A stretch of 62,000 nt of DNA, taken from NCBI RefSeq assembly GCF_018350175.1, contig NC_058368.1, positions 13,454,001-13,516,000 of the forward strand. The letters run 5' to 3'. Within the stretch, counting starts at the first letter, position 1. Every line of letters starts with the position of its first letter. The position numbers and the translations under genes are program-made. Of the stretch, positions 38,290-51,430 are shown one piece after another. Source of the stretch: Felis catus. Taxonomy: Eukaryota. The notes below the pieces were generated by a model. The model ran no database searches. It was given only the letters and a program-made list of their open reading frames with translations, and had not been told where the DNA came from.

Positions 38290-38904
38290 CTGGCTCCCAA
38301 CACAATGAGGTAGAGAATGGTAACTGGCTGGAAGGGCAAGAGGGTGACAAAAGCAGGGACTCTCCTGGCAACTTGGTCAGAATGCTATAAATCAGCATCT
38401 TAGAGCACTGCAGGAAAGGTGAGGAATAAAAGAGAATAAAAGGACCCAGATGAAGCCAGGAGCTTGCCCCAGGACCAGCAGCTTGGGATGGGTACAGGAG
38501 CACTCTGGGTGCCAGAGGAACCAGCTATGAACAGTCTGGGAAGAGGGACTGAGCTGCTAAGGATAGTAAAGCCCCAGGAGATAGCAGGTAAGGCCCCAGA
38601 GAGAAGGTCATCATGCACTAGGAGCCCTCAGTTTTCAATCAGCAACTAAATTTTCTTGGAATGCTCCAAGTCTGCCCTTCCATTATGTAGAATGGAAGGT
38701 ACCGCCTACCCATATCCACACCCTCCCCAAACCTCCAGGCTCTCACTCTGGATGTGTGGAGGATATATTTAGTATTAAAATAAAAGTGCTGTTATTAAAT
38801 GTGTACTGAGCACTCTTGTCTTCTGTTTCTCCTCTGTCCTGCTCTCAGTATTTGTTCAAGCCTTGAGGAAAGGGGTCTCAGTGAGAAAAGAGGGGTGAGG
38901 TACA
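38290..38904 (+). mobile_element. Possible ancient LTR (mammalian Gypsy-like)
   Basis: Purine-rich body, AATAAA (~38778), end GAGGGGTGAGGTACA; family uncertain. Confidence 0.4.
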
Positions 38905-41122
38905 GGTTGGGAGACCTCAACCAGAGCCTGGTCAATAACAGCCAGATCAACAGTGAGATGCTCAAGAGGAAAGCACACCCAGGGCTCCAGCCCAGATCAG
39001 CAGTGCCTCCCCACCCGCGCGTTCTTGGTAGAACCAAGCCTGGGAGCAGCTGGATTTGTCTGATAAACAAAGCACCCAACCTCACAGCCCCCTGCATGGT
39101 CTATTATTCTGCTGTGGATTTTTTTGCCTTCTTGTGTCTTTGATATGCAATCAAAAGATTAGAAGTAGTGTTTATATCTTCTTTTTATTGATGAAGAAAC
39201 TCACACAGAAAGAAAACAAACTTTATAAAGTTAAAGCAGGAGAAGCACTGAATTTGGCATTGGCTCCTAAAAATGGCCGAATGAAATCACTTTAGGCAAA
39301 ACTTAGCTTTGTTTAAGAAACCACCTTCTCCAAAGAATACCTGTTATAGAGAATTTCAATGTGATTAAGTCAAAATCACTGTTAGGTGCAGGGCTTTGGA
39401 CTATGCAGAGAGGCCCAGTGAGCAAATCCAGAGACAGCCTTTGCCTCCAGATTTGAAGGGAGATGCCTCCTAATTGTTAGAAACTTGGGAACCGCATTTT
39501 TCTCCTCTCCTGTATGGGAATATTATACTTCTAAGTAGAGGCTTTGTCCTTCCTTTGAGACAAGTCATGAGTTGCTTGGGAAAGGAGAGCCGCTTTTACA
39601 CTAGAAGAGAAACAATGGGTCCCCAGTGAGTTTGGGTTAACCGCGAAGTGAATAATGCCAGTTGATCTGTGGGCAGATCAATTCCCATAAAAAGTCACCA
39701 AACAGAAATTCTGGAGCCAACTGACATCCGCCCTCAATCCTGCTCCTCAGGAGCATCATTGTTCAAGGTGCTGTTATGTGCAAGTGCTGCTGTGCTGTTT
39801 ATGCTCTGTTTCCTCATTCAGTGGTTTTACTGCAGGTACACGAACCTAAGGACCCACCTGGAGACACAAAGGAAGCTGCCCTTCTGATCTAGTCATTTCG
39901 ATGGCCTCTCTGAGGCAGTGCAGATTGATGCAGGCAAAGCTGTCGGGATCAATTGCAATGATTGGCTCGTCTGTTGCCTGGTTTATTCACTCACTCTGTC
40001 TAGACTCCAATTTCTGGAGTCTTTAGTGACTCATTTTTCAACAAAAAGCAAATAATTTCACTTTGCTTTGCCTTAAGCACTGTATAACCTATTATTTAAT
40101 GTGCACTGAGTAATACTATGTGTACCCCAGCAAAAAGCAGCCTGCAGATATCCCAGAATATTGTATCATTTTGACTTTGATCATAATTACACATTAGCCC
40201 TCATACTGAAATCTTGGTCTTATGAAAACTTTCATCCTAGAATCCTACTCAAAGGTACAGCACTGACCCACCCGAATACCTTCAATAATGCCTTTTACAT
40301 CTCATATTTGGTTTACAATATCTTAAAATGCCATGACTCTAGGTTTGTTTTGAGGTAAATACTGTCATTCCGCTAAAACCTAACACATTGTCTTAAAAGA
40401 CTAGAATCGTCCAATCACAATGCATTATTGTGCAGGGGACCTTAAATGAGTCAGAATGCAGTCTCAGTAGCAAAATGCTGGGGATTATTCCAAAAGCAGC
40501 CAACTATGAGTGTACAAATACATCATCATGGGACCTGGTTATGTCATGTTTTCAAGCAAACATATGTAGGCACAGGGTCAAACACCTTGTTTCAGACTCC
40601 ATATCTCTAGGGTTCTTGGGAGAAGCACTTAACCCCTTTTTTTTGCCTATAGATTATCAGAGAACTAGAGGCAGAGGCAGAAAACCATCTGGTGGAGTCA
40701 TTTTGTCAAGCAAAGTGCAGTGGCGGGGTTACGTATCCCTACAACATTAACCGTGCTCTAATGAGAACAGCCCCTTACCTTCACTGAGGAACATCGTTCT
40801 CCAGACTAATAAAGTGTAATGTTAAAATGATTTCCCAAAATAACACTTTCCTTCAAGACTATTACTTCTGCTAATTCTATACGATTATTTGGAACATGTC
40901 TGCCTTGTCCTGGAGTTTACCTTTTCACATACATGTTTCTTGTTAACTAACCAGAATTTTCTTAATTTTTTTTCTCATAAACCAGTCTTTTCAATATACT
41001 GTTTTCTTTTAAGTTTCTCATTTCTATTCACTTATTACCCTTCTTGTACTCATTATTTCAATGCATGTTTGTTGAAAGTCTATTATAAGCCAGATATCTT
41101 TTTATTCATATATATATATATA

Positions 41123-41340
41123 TTTTTTTTTACGTTTATTTATTTATTTATTTTGAGAAAGAGAGAGTGCACACACATGAGAGGGGGAGGGGCAGAGAGA
41201 TGGCAAGAAAAAATCCCAAGCAGGCTCTGCACAGTCAGCGCAGAGCCCCACATGGGGCTCAAACTCACAAATTGTGAGATTATGACCTGAGCCAAACCAA
41301 GAGTCAGATGCTTAAACCAACTGAGCCACCCAGGCATCCT
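41123..41340 (-). mobile_element. Older felid SINE flanked by (TA)n, inside an L2 fragment (~41045-41445)
   Basis: Reverse SINE body; L2 motifs GCATGTTTGTTGA and GACAAAGTCCCTGTTCTCATGGAG on either side. Confidence 0.92.
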
Positions 41341-41899
41341 CACTTATATAAATATAATATATATATATTATATCTTTTGGGCCAAAACATAGCAGTGAAT
41401 TGGACAAAGTCCCTGTTCTCATGGAGTTTACAGACAAGTGGGTAATGATAGCTAAAATCATCAAATGCTAAAGCCTTTATACCCACCTCCTCCCTGAATT
41501 CTCTTCTCAGTCTTATAGGGAAGACATTATTATTCTTATTTTACAGGTGAGAAAAGTGAAGCTCTGAACAGTATGCTCAGGGCCCCCCCCCCAAAAAAAA
41601 TTGAATCCTGAACCACTTCTGCATCCAGCCCACGGTTGCTGATTATTAACATCCAACCAGAGAACTCTCCACTACCTTTCCTCTGTCACCCAAATTCCTG
41701 CATACACATGGGCCTTCTCCTTCCTCTGCTATCACAGTCACATGTCCCAAATGCTTTTCTTTATTATCTCTGAGTCTCCTCAGCGGTACCCGTTCATACC
41801 AAATAACTACTGTATCTATATTCATGCTTACTTTCACCACGTGATTACCAAATAGGAAAACATCTGTAACATTACGGGTTTCCTTCCTCTCTTAATTAT

Positions 41900-42355
41900 G
41901 GGCTTAGCAATCAGAGGAACTTTAATATTTAATAGCTAAGCAAAACACTTAATGATTACAAAGTGATGCTCCACTTTTGATGTAAAATCAAAGTTAAAGT
42001 GAACTCTAAGCAAACCGGCTCTGTGTGCCTGACACACAGGCAGGCCAGCGGCTGGAAGAAAAGAATGCATTTAAACTCATTACCGATGACTTGTATAACC
42101 AACTCATGCCCCAGCCTTGGTCCCTGCTTTGCTTTTCGCTCGTGAATTTTACAGGCGATTTAAATCACGAAGAAAAGCAAGGCCTTTCATTGTCAATACG
42201 CTTCACACACTCATGATGCAGATATGCTGATAAACAGGCTGCTAATTATATTAACATTCTGCAATGTATGATTCAGGGTTGTTCGCTATAAAAACCAACC
42301 TCCTTTTCCTAGAATATTTACTTTCTTTACCGATAGCGCTTTGCCTCGGGTAAGT
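41900..42355 (+). promoter_or_regulatory. Candidate TATA promoter with short first exon (~42320-42349) and splice donor
   Basis: TATAAAA 42287-42293, Inr-like TTACTTT 42318-42324, donor CGG|GTAAGT at 42349/42350; 13 CpG in 42001-42370; HNF1-like, TCF, GATA and FOX motifs upstream. Confidence 0.5.
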
Positions 42356-43250
42356 TTTGGAGGACCGCCAATATTATTCTCCTATGATAGGTGACAGATT
42401 TCAGGAATTATCAGAGTATATCACTAAGTGATCTTTTTTACATTAAAATGAAATACCAGGACTGCCTAACAGATGACAACTTGAAACTAAGGAGGAACAA
42501 TTTCTATTCATAATAAATTATCAGAAAGATCCCTGCCTATGAATATTTATAAAGGGTCACTAAGAGTAGCTTGACTTTGCCAAACCTCGTCTAAAATGAG
42601 CCACGTAAGGGTTGACGGGGTTCAGTCTTTGCTGGTGCCATAACCAGGATGGGAAGGAGATTCCAGGATTTCTGGATAGGCTCTGGAGGGTTACTCAGGG
42701 CAACAGAAGATGGTAGAGCAAAAACAAAACAAAACAAAACAACAAAACTAAAAAACACACTTCTCAAAAGACAGTGTCAGATAACAATGTTGACAACCCC
42801 AAGTTTCATGCAAAGGAAGGTAAGAGATCAGAAGCTATAAGGTTGGAGACTGCCAAGGCAGCTTCGAATGAAGAGTTGGAACCAGAGCTATGAATAATGC
42901 AGGGCTTTGGGGGCACATTTTACACATTGCTGGGATAATTGTGCAAAGCCCCACAGCTTTACCTTGGCATTATAATGGGATTGATTTCCTTCTCATTGGG
43001 TGCCAGAAGACTTGGTTTTGAGTATTGGTTCTCTAACTAACTAGGTGGCCTTAGGCTAATAAACTAAGCTTTCTAAGTATGTCTTCTACCATTAGGTGTT
43101 AGCACTGTTAAAGAATAAAGTATGATGTGACTTAGTGTTTCATCCATGGAGGTTCCCACTTGTAGCTTTTATTATTCACTTAGAATTTATTATTGCTGGT
43201 GTCATTGTCACTAATACTTATTTTCTGGGGTGAGCTAGTTTATATGATTT

Positions 43251-43474
43251 CTTTTTAAAAAAAATTTTTAATGTTTATTTATTTTCGAAAGAGACAGAGA
43301 CAGAGTGCAAGTGGGGTAAGGGTGGAGAGAGAGAGGGAGACACAGACTCTGAAGCATGCCTCAAGCTCTAAGCTGTCAGCACAGAGCCAGATGCAGGGCT
43401 CAAACTCAGGAACCGCGAGATCATGACCTGAGCCCAAGTTGGACATTTAACTGACTGAGCCACCTAGGCACCCC
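43251..43474 (-). mobile_element. Older felid SINE
   Basis: Full reverse SINE; degenerate TSD TATATGATTT / TATGTAATTT. Confidence 0.95.
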
Positions 43475-43484
43475 TATGTAATTT

Positions 43485-43834
43485 TTCTAAATTATTCTCT
43501 TCCCTCCTTTTGGGAAGATTGTATTTCTTTTGACATTAGGCTTGGTCATGTGAATTATTTTAGCCAATGAAACGTAATAGTGTTTTGTGCCCCTTTTGGG
43601 GGGAAACTTACAAAATCACCACAGAACATTTTCATGACTCTTTTTCTATTGCCACAAAGCCAAACTTTCCCAGACAGGCTGACTTTCAGCCCAGATCCCA
43701 CAAGGAAGACACATAGAGCAGAGATATGGCTGACCTGCACCTGGCATGCAAAGTGCGTTAAAACTAAATGTGTGTTGTAAGTCACAAAGAGTTATTTGTA
43801 ACTCTGGCACAACCAAGCAGAACTGACTAACTCA
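43485..43834 (+). mobile_element. MaLR LTR (MLT1I/J-like)
   Basis: GACATTAGGCTTGGTCATGTG..AGCCAATGAAA; ends GAACTGACTAACTCA. Confidence 0.75.
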
Positions 43835-44319
43835 TGGAGTTTCCAGCATTGGAGTAAGTGGGAAAGTGGCCAACTTTTCAGCTATGATCCCATCCACCTC
43901 TAAAGATTCTACTCCAAGCTTCCCATGATACCAGTGGTGGTTCCAAATGTTGAGGATGCCATTGTGGTAAAAGAATAGAGTTTCTTCACAAGCCGTTTTT
44001 ATTTCTCAGTCACTTCCCATTACCTGCAGTGCACCCCATGCTGAAACTCCCATCCATCTTTTGTATAGAACATCTAACCTAGATGCCTCCGAGTGTAGCA
44101 ATGAATTCATGCTAAAAATTATTAAAACAAATTGTTGAGAAAGCAGAAAGAATCCTAAGAAACATCTGTGGTAAACATATAGGAGCAGAATATATGGCAT
44201 TTTTCTCCAGTGAGAACCGTGCAAATCCTTGTCAGGCTCCCACTGTTCTAGGAGTTGTAGAAAATCCAAACTTTATTAAGACATACACCCTCTCCTCCAT
44301 GAGGCAACGGGTGAAGGAA

Positions 44320-44700
44320 GATGAGATACTGCACAAGTAACCACAATTGAAAGGAATGTGATAAATCCCACAAAGAGATGCAAACTTCTACAACAAGCTG
44401 TGAGATCACAGAGAAGCAAGAGAGGGCAACTGGCTGAGGTCAGAGGAAACTCATCGAAGTAGTTGGTCTTTGACTTGCACTTCTGCAGGCTACATAGTGT
44501 TGAAAGGGGCAGATATTGAGGTGAGGAAGCACTCTGGGAGGTGGGGGGAGGACAACAACAGCACAAAAACATAAAAGCAGGAAATTAAAGTTATTTTCAG
44601 GAAATTGTGAACAATTCAGTTTGATGGGAGCAAAGGGTCCGTGAGAAAGTAGTGGGAAGCAAGGCTATAGTTCAGCTGTTTGGCACTGAGTCAGAGAGGG
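44320..44700 (-). mobile_element. L2 fragment
   Basis: AATGTGATAAAT..GAGGTCAGAGGAAAC..CAACAGCACAAAAAC pattern. Confidence 0.6.
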
Positions 44701-44844
44701 CTGAAGGACAAGGAAGGGGTGAAGACAGGGGAAGACATTCCATGTATTTGAAGAGGGAGTGACTGTATTCATTCCAATCTCTACCTAAGCAGAAGAAAGT
44801 CAAAAGCTTTGACTAAAGAGGAAAGATTGGAATGCAAAAATCAA

Positions 44845-45810
44845 GACTTTCTATTCAAGATGGCGGGCGGCCCTTGCATATGTACTTCACCCCCTCCCCC
44901 AAAGAAGCACAAAAGCAACAGATCCATAATAACATTGAGAATGAGTGAGTATATTGCCCAGCCAGAGATTTTGACAAATTTTCAGAGGATGGAAATTTAC
45001 CGAGATCATCCTTGTAGATAAAAAAGAATGCAGGAAGTCCCTAATTAGCATCAGAAGTGGTAAACACTCCTTGTGGTAAGCTCAGGAGAAGCTTGAAGTT
45101 AGACTTAGTGAGGAGAATGAGAAAGCAAAAATCTGGTGGCAATTGAAGGTCTGTCTATGAGTCCCCTGCCAGGAGGTCTGCCCCACCACTACTTCTCAAA
45201 CCCCAACCACAGTGGTATTTCACAGCTAAAACTGTGAAACTCTTCTCTAAAAAAGTTATAATCCACCAAGGGAGGACTGGGAAAACTGGCCTGTGGGTTG
45301 TTAAGGCTGTCTTCATTAGAGTGCAATGGAATATAATTGGATGAAGCCATATTTTCTCTCCTAATAGGTGTCTGGAGAGACTGTCTAAAGTTGACGGATG
45401 ACAAGAGTTGAGTACATTATAGAGAGGTATAAAGGTAACCAAAACAAAATCCAAAATTTATAACATAATTAACAAAAAGGAGTAAGTGGGAGAAGTGGAG
45501 AGAAACTGAAGTAGGCTGAATGTGTCATCTTTCACAATGGGATGTTACTGGGTACTTTTAATTTGTTTAACCCTCCCCCCGCCCCCAAAAGTATTGCTGT
45601 AATCCCGTGATTTAGAGGTACAGAGGTAGCCACTGGGAGAATCAAAACGGTCAAGGTAAAAAAATTGTGCCTTTGGAGGAATGAAGCTTGGGTCAGGTAG
45701 AAGACTTTCAGGATTGGGAGAGAAGTTTTTATTTTATTTTACATCCTTCTATCCTTTTTGAATGTTTTTTTAACCGTGGATAAATATTTTCTGTTAAAAT
45801 TTTAAAATGG
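44845..45810 (+). mobile_element. Ancient L1M/HAL1-like fragments (5' end with YY1 motif and 3' UTR)
   Basis: GACTTTCTATTCAAGATGGCGG start; L1ME/HAL1-like 3' UTR ending TTTTAACCGTG..AAAAT. Confidence 0.5.
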
Positions 45811-45890
45811 AAAAGGAGATCATTTGAATTTTACTTAATGCCCAAGATGACAAGCATTACCAATAATTTTCTTTGTTCCTCAGAATTCGT

Positions 45891-46089
45891 TTTTAAAAAT
45901 TTTTTTGTGTTTACCTATTTTTGAGAGTGTGAGTCGGGGAGGAGAAGAGAGAGAGAGGACAGAATCGAGCAGGATCCAGGCTCTGAGCTGTCAGCATAGA
46001 GCCCATTGTGAGGCTTGAACTCATGAGCCACAAGATCATGACCTGAGCCAAAGTTGGACGCTTACCTGACTGAACCACCCAGGCACCCC
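45891..46089 (-). mobile_element. Older felid SINE
   Basis: Reverse SINE; degenerate TSD around CCT(C/A)AGAATTC. Confidence 0.94.
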
Positions 46090-47699
46090 TGACCCTAAGA
46101 ATTCTTGGTTAAACCACAAGTATCACCAATCTACTATGAATTTCTCTTCCTTCTCGTGTTTATGAGCTGGGATTAGCATTTTTTTGTGTTGTTGCTTCCC
46201 TGTCTTACATGATTTTCTTCTCTTAGAAATAAAAAAGTGTCGTGCTGCTGTGTGAGTTCTACACTTGGACTTACACCTGTCACTTTATTAGCAGTGTCTA
46301 GTTTTAAAGTCTCTAGGAACAACAAGCCCCCAAACAGTATTGCATGAGCTCTAGGTGTTACTGGACCAATCTTAAGGAATCTAAAGAAAAACAAAAACGA
46401 TGGATATTCAGTGTTAAACGTGTAGTTGGGTGTAAAAATTACTATAAAATAAACATAAAAATAACAAAATAGTTTAATTTAGACATACTTAATTACTTCA
46501 ATTTTCCCTGGCCTGCCTGACTATACACTGAAATTTGCATTAGAGGGGCTATGAGGAAAGATTTAAATGAAGTTATTTTCCTAATAAGATTTCAAGTAGG
46601 CAGATGTTTGCCCCAAGGAGCTGTTCAGACAACAGAACTTACAGAAGAACATCATGAGAGCCAGAAAAAAAAAGTGCATTATAGCTCTCAAATGTTTGCA
46701 TCATTTTTAAGACAGATCATGGTCCATTTGAATTTCCAATGTATAATTTTTGAACTGGTGAAATTAACCTTTGTCCAATGACACGTTTTCCACTGAAAAG
46801 ACCTGGAAAACTCTAAATGTTTACCCTGAAAATTCTCCTGAGAATATCGTAGCTTTAAAAAATGTTAATTTATACAGATATGAACTACTCAATTAGGCTC
46901 ATGCTCAGAACAGACTTCTCTGACAAGAGCCGCCTACCATCTGTTAAGTCAACTATTTCCATTTCCAGTGATCCCTAGTTCATCATTTTAGCTGCTGGGA
47001 TTGAAATTCTCAGTCAGTCATAAATATCATCTGTTCTATCCCTCCATCCTCCTCCTGTGTTCACTTAGGTCATTATTTTTTTCCCCTTCTTTTTTAATCA
47101 AGAAATTTGAAGGCAACACCACAGAAAGAATGTATAAACAATTTCATTTTCTTGGCCGATGGCTTTGAAACAGCCACTAGCTCAGTCTGATAGTCCAAGA
47201 GGCTGCTTGTTTTCCTAATCTCTAGAAAGAAACAGGTGGCAGGTGGAATAGAAAATCTCAAGTCCAGGGAGGATTGTAGGAGGACCTCATTTTCCATACC
47301 CATCTCCAGATCAAGTGTCACTTCAGACCAGCACATAGTTACCTCCTCAAATCTAGAAGCTCTGAAAAAGTCAGAGATCCCACAACAATTTAGCAGTTAT
47401 TTACTGCGGCGGTCAACAATTTTATTAGCATTGTTTAGTTTAGAATTTTTAAATCCAGCAAGCCTCCAAAAAACCCTTGAAGAGATGGTCACCCTAGCCA
47501 TCTCTCTCTCATGGTCCTTCAAAGCCCTTTTGTTCTCTTCTCTTTAGTAGGAAAGCCTAGAAGTTGAGGTGAAGTCCTTTCCATAGGCTCCATCCTCTGT
47601 GCGCAGTGTCGCAGAACTCTGTGTAAGGAAGGGCTACAGTACTCATTTAGTCTAGTCCCCTAACTTGAAGTAGTTGAGGTAAAGATTCTCCTTGAGAAA

Positions 47700-47935
47700 G
47701 ACTTCTCTTAAGAAGCCTTTCCTGAACTGCACAAAATTTGATCAGATGCCTTTCTTTCACACCCCAAGGACCCAGAACCTGCCTTTGTCATAGCCCCTAC
47801 ATCACAATCACAATATCTGCTTCCTTGTCTGACTTTCCAACCAAACTTTAAGTTCTTTGAAGTTGGAAGTTCCAGAGTCTTCTTTGTACCCATGTTGTAT
47901 GTTCAACACATGTGGCTCTCAATACATATGTTCAT
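47700..47935 (+). mobile_element. L2 3' fragment
   Basis: AGAAGCCTTTCCTGA..TCTTTGTACCC..CTCAATACATATGTT. Confidence 0.65.
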
Positions 47936-48344
47936 CTGTAATAATGGAAGTCACTGGGCTGCCATCTTTATAGGTATATGTGGACCCACACCACTGGCCC
48001 AGAGCACACAGACCCTGGCATGCCTGTTATTAAATAGACACAAGGATCCTTCTCTTCTCTTACTGACCCTTGGCTTCTGTAAGTTGCCCTTTGCCCAATA
48101 AAACCAATTTCTTAATCTATGCTACGTGCTGCTATTAGAATTCATCCAACCCTTGGTGCAGGACAAATGGTGGCTCAGATGTGACTCAACTCCTACACGA
48201 AGTTACATATTCGATGTCTCTAACACTGCAAGTTCTTACTAGAAAGTACTTTTTTAGGCCAACTCGGCCTCTTATTAATTGTTTAATACCTCTTGCCTGA
48301 TAGATATAAGATCCAAAAAAGTGCATATACTTATTATATTTCTA

Positions 48345-48560
48345 GGAGGCCAATTATCATAGCAATTAAGCACAAGAGCTTGGATTAGACAGGCCTGTGC
48401 TTGGGTCTTTGCTCCACCATTTTCTAGTCATGTGAACCTGTCAGAACCAATTGTCCCTTCTATAAAATGGGTGTAGTAAAAGTGTCCACTTCATTGGTTG
48501 ACTATAACTCAGCTAGGCCACAGTAATCAACACAGCGCCTGGCATATGATATCCCTTCAT
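48345..48560 (+). mobile_element. MIR SINE
   Basis: TTAAGCAC..AGACAGGCCTG..TATAAAATGGG..ACAGCGCCTGGCATA. Confidence 0.75.
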
Positions 48561-49000
48561 TAATTTTGATACTGTATCATAATTAGTGTTTCTGGTCAGT
48601 GTCTATCTTGACCCTTGGGTGCTTGCCCCTCTTGAGGTCACTGACCTAAGAGTTGCCTCTCAAAGTGTTTGTTTGCTATTGATTATGCCAATTCTCTGCT
48701 GTAATGTTATCCTTTAGTTCATCATCCATTCTTTTTTTTAAGCATAGCTTGCATTTTATCATTTCCTCAATGAACACCCCTAACCTTTAATTTTCTTAAC
48801 ATTTTTCTTGTCTCTGTCTGCTTTCTAAGAGAAGTGCTGCACGTTACCCAGCTCTATGCCAATGAGCAACAAATCAAACATGTTTTGTCAGTATAACCAT
48901 CTCCACTGTAAAACCAACACTACATTCAATGACAGGTCTGTCTCTTTTTTTCTGTTAAAATGTGTATTCCTTTTTTAAATTATGAAAGTATGAATATATT

Positions 49001-49595
49001 AGACAGGAGATAAGTGCTGACAAAGATGTGGAGAGAAAAGAATCCTTATGCACTCTTAGTGGGAATGTAAATTGGTGCAACTACTATGGGAAAAAGTTTG
49101 GAGGTTTCTCAAAAAGATTAAAAATAGAACAATCATATGATCCAGCATTTCCTGTTCAGGGCATATATCCAAAGGAAGTGAAAATAGGATCTCAAAGAGC
49201 TATCTGTAACCCCATGTTTATTGCAGCACTATTCACAATAACCAAGATGTGGAAACAACCCAGCCACAAGGAAGAAGGAAATCCTGCCATTTGCAACAAC
49301 ATGGATGGAACTTGAAGCCATTATCCTAACTGAAGTATGGTAGAGAAAGACAAATACTGTATGGTCTCATATGTAGAATCTAATAAATACTGAATTCATA
49401 GAAACAGAATAGAATAGTGGTTACCAGAGGCTGAGGAAGCGGGGAAATTAGGAAGTAGTGGTAAAAGGGTACAAACTTCCAGCTGTAAGATTAACAAGTT
49501 CTGGGAATCTAATATATAGCATGGTAAGTATAGCTAATAATACTGTATTATGTACTTAAAAGTTTTTATGAGAGTAGATCTTAAAAATGTTCTCA

Positions 49596-49629
<34 letters not shown>

Positions 49630-49798
49630 ACACACACACACACACACGGTGGTAATTATGGAATGGAATGGAGGTGTTAGCTAATGCTATGGTGGTAATC
49701 ATTTTGCAATACATAAGTGGCTTGACTTAAATGTTTTACACCTTAAGCTTACACATGTTATATGTCAATTATATCTCAATAAAGCTATGGAAGAAATG
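49001..49798 (+). mobile_element. L1 3' end (L1MA/L1_Carn-like) with internal (CA)n at 49596-49647
   Basis: ORF2 C-terminal piece (ORF 49028-49315); 3' UTR TATCTCAATAAAGCT; TSD TGAAAGTATGAAT(A/G)TATT at 48983-49000 and 49799-49816. Confidence 0.93.
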
Positions 49799-49816
49799 TG
49801 AAAGTATGAATGTATT

Positions 49817-49953
49817 TTTTTGAAACTAGTTAAATTATTCAATAATGTATAAATAAAAATTTGCTATTTATTTCCCCATCCCTTACCACCCCCAATCCTG
49901 ACCTGAAGTACCCAGTGATAGTAATGTATATCTTTCTATACCTTTGTATTGTT

Positions 49954-49988
<35 letters not shown>

Positions 49989-50345
49989 CTATGTAAATAT
50001 ATACACAGATGGATAGATGTGGTGTTACTTTTGTTTTCTCTCTTCTCTCTTGATTTTATCAGCATTGGATTATACTAAACACATTATTTTACAGTTTTTT
50101 TGCATAAATATACCATAGATATTGTTTTTAATAGCTTAATGGAAATAAATAGAATAGATGTACTATATTTATTTGAACTTCTCATTATTGACAGACATTA
50201 AGATTGTCACCAATTTCTATTCCACTAAAAATAATGTAGTAGATAGCTTTATACATACATCTTTTATGTACCGAAACTCTCAATCCTTATTGCTCTTATT
50301 TTGATTCCTTCCCAGAAATGGGGCTATAGTCAGAGGGTACGTATA
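49817..50345 (-). mobile_element. L1ME-type 3' end with (CA)n at 49957-49988 (continues at ~50550-50850)
   Basis: TATTGACAGACATTAAGATTG, TTCCCAGAAATGGG..GTCAGAGGGTA. Confidence 0.65.
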
Positions 50346-50545
50346 ATGGAGGAGGATTTGCCAGGAAGCCAATGAAGTTTCAGCTTCAGAGCCCTGGTTG
50401 TACAGGCCCCTTAAATGGTCTAGACTTAGTCTTGTACTTGTAACTTTCCATTACTTTTCTTAAAGAATAGTGAACGAAAAGCAAAAATGAATGAAGGTAA
50501 TGAAATGTTAAGTTTTGGGTTCCATGAATTCCAGAGCTTCCTTAA
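50346..50545 (+). mobile_element. MER53-like hAT MITE
   Basis: GGATTTGCCAGGAAGCCAATGAAGTTTCAGCTTCAGAGCCC..ACAGGCCCCTT..TTTTCTTAAAGA. Confidence 0.7.
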
Positions 50546-50849
50546 GGATGTACACATTTCATTTTAACAAATACTGACAGATCATTTTCCCCAAATGTAG
50601 CAACAATTCATGCATCTACCGGCAAGCAAGGGGAGAGCCCAATGGTTCATGTTTCTGACAGCACTGGATGCCAATGGATTTCAACCTTCTTGCCAGTCTG
50701 ATGGGTAAATATATGGTATCTTATTCCTTTACTGTATATTTTCTTTACTTATGCAAATTTAAGCATTTGCCATATATTTACTGACCACTTAGATTTATTC
50801 TGTGAATTTTATAGCCATTTTTCCAATGGAATTTAATCTTTTTCTCATT

Positions 50850-51430
50850 CAGGGCACTTTTGCAGGGATAGAGCAGTAAACAAAATCCCTGACTTCATGA
50901 AATGCTCTGCCTAGTGGAAAGAGATAGCCTAAAATCAAATAAACAAAAGTAGGAGGAATGTGTCAAAGTACCAAAGAGAAAACAAACAATGAAAAGGAAA
51001 AGCCCAGGTGAGAGAGGCTGCTCTTCTTTGTAAGTTGTTCAGGGAACTGATAACAGCACCCTTGAGCAAAGATCTTCAGGTGGAGCCAAGGGAATATCTA
51101 GAGAAGAGCATCCCAAAGGGAAGCATCAGCAAGAGTGGAAGGCTCTAAAATGACAGCAGATGTGGTATATCCATGGAACAGCAAAAAGCCAATGTGGGTG
51201 GGGCCGAGTGGACAAGGGCAGGGGTGGGTGGGCGGTGGGGGGGAAGGCGGGGGGGGGAGGGGGGCACTGGAAGCAGGTAAGGAAGGCAGGAAGTAGCTGT
51301 CCATCAGATTACCCTGGACCTCCTCAGTCATAGTAATTGTGCTGGCTGTTACTCAGCAAAACGAGCCGGTCAGAATTTCATCAAAAGACTGACATAGTTT
51401 AATTTATAAAGATCTCTCTGCTGCTGAATA
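50850..51430 (-). mobile_element. L2 fragment with an expanded G-tract
   Basis: GATAGAGCAGTAAACAAAATCCCTGACTTCATG; CTTGAGCAAAGATCTT; AAAGATCTCTCTGCTGCT. Confidence 0.75.
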
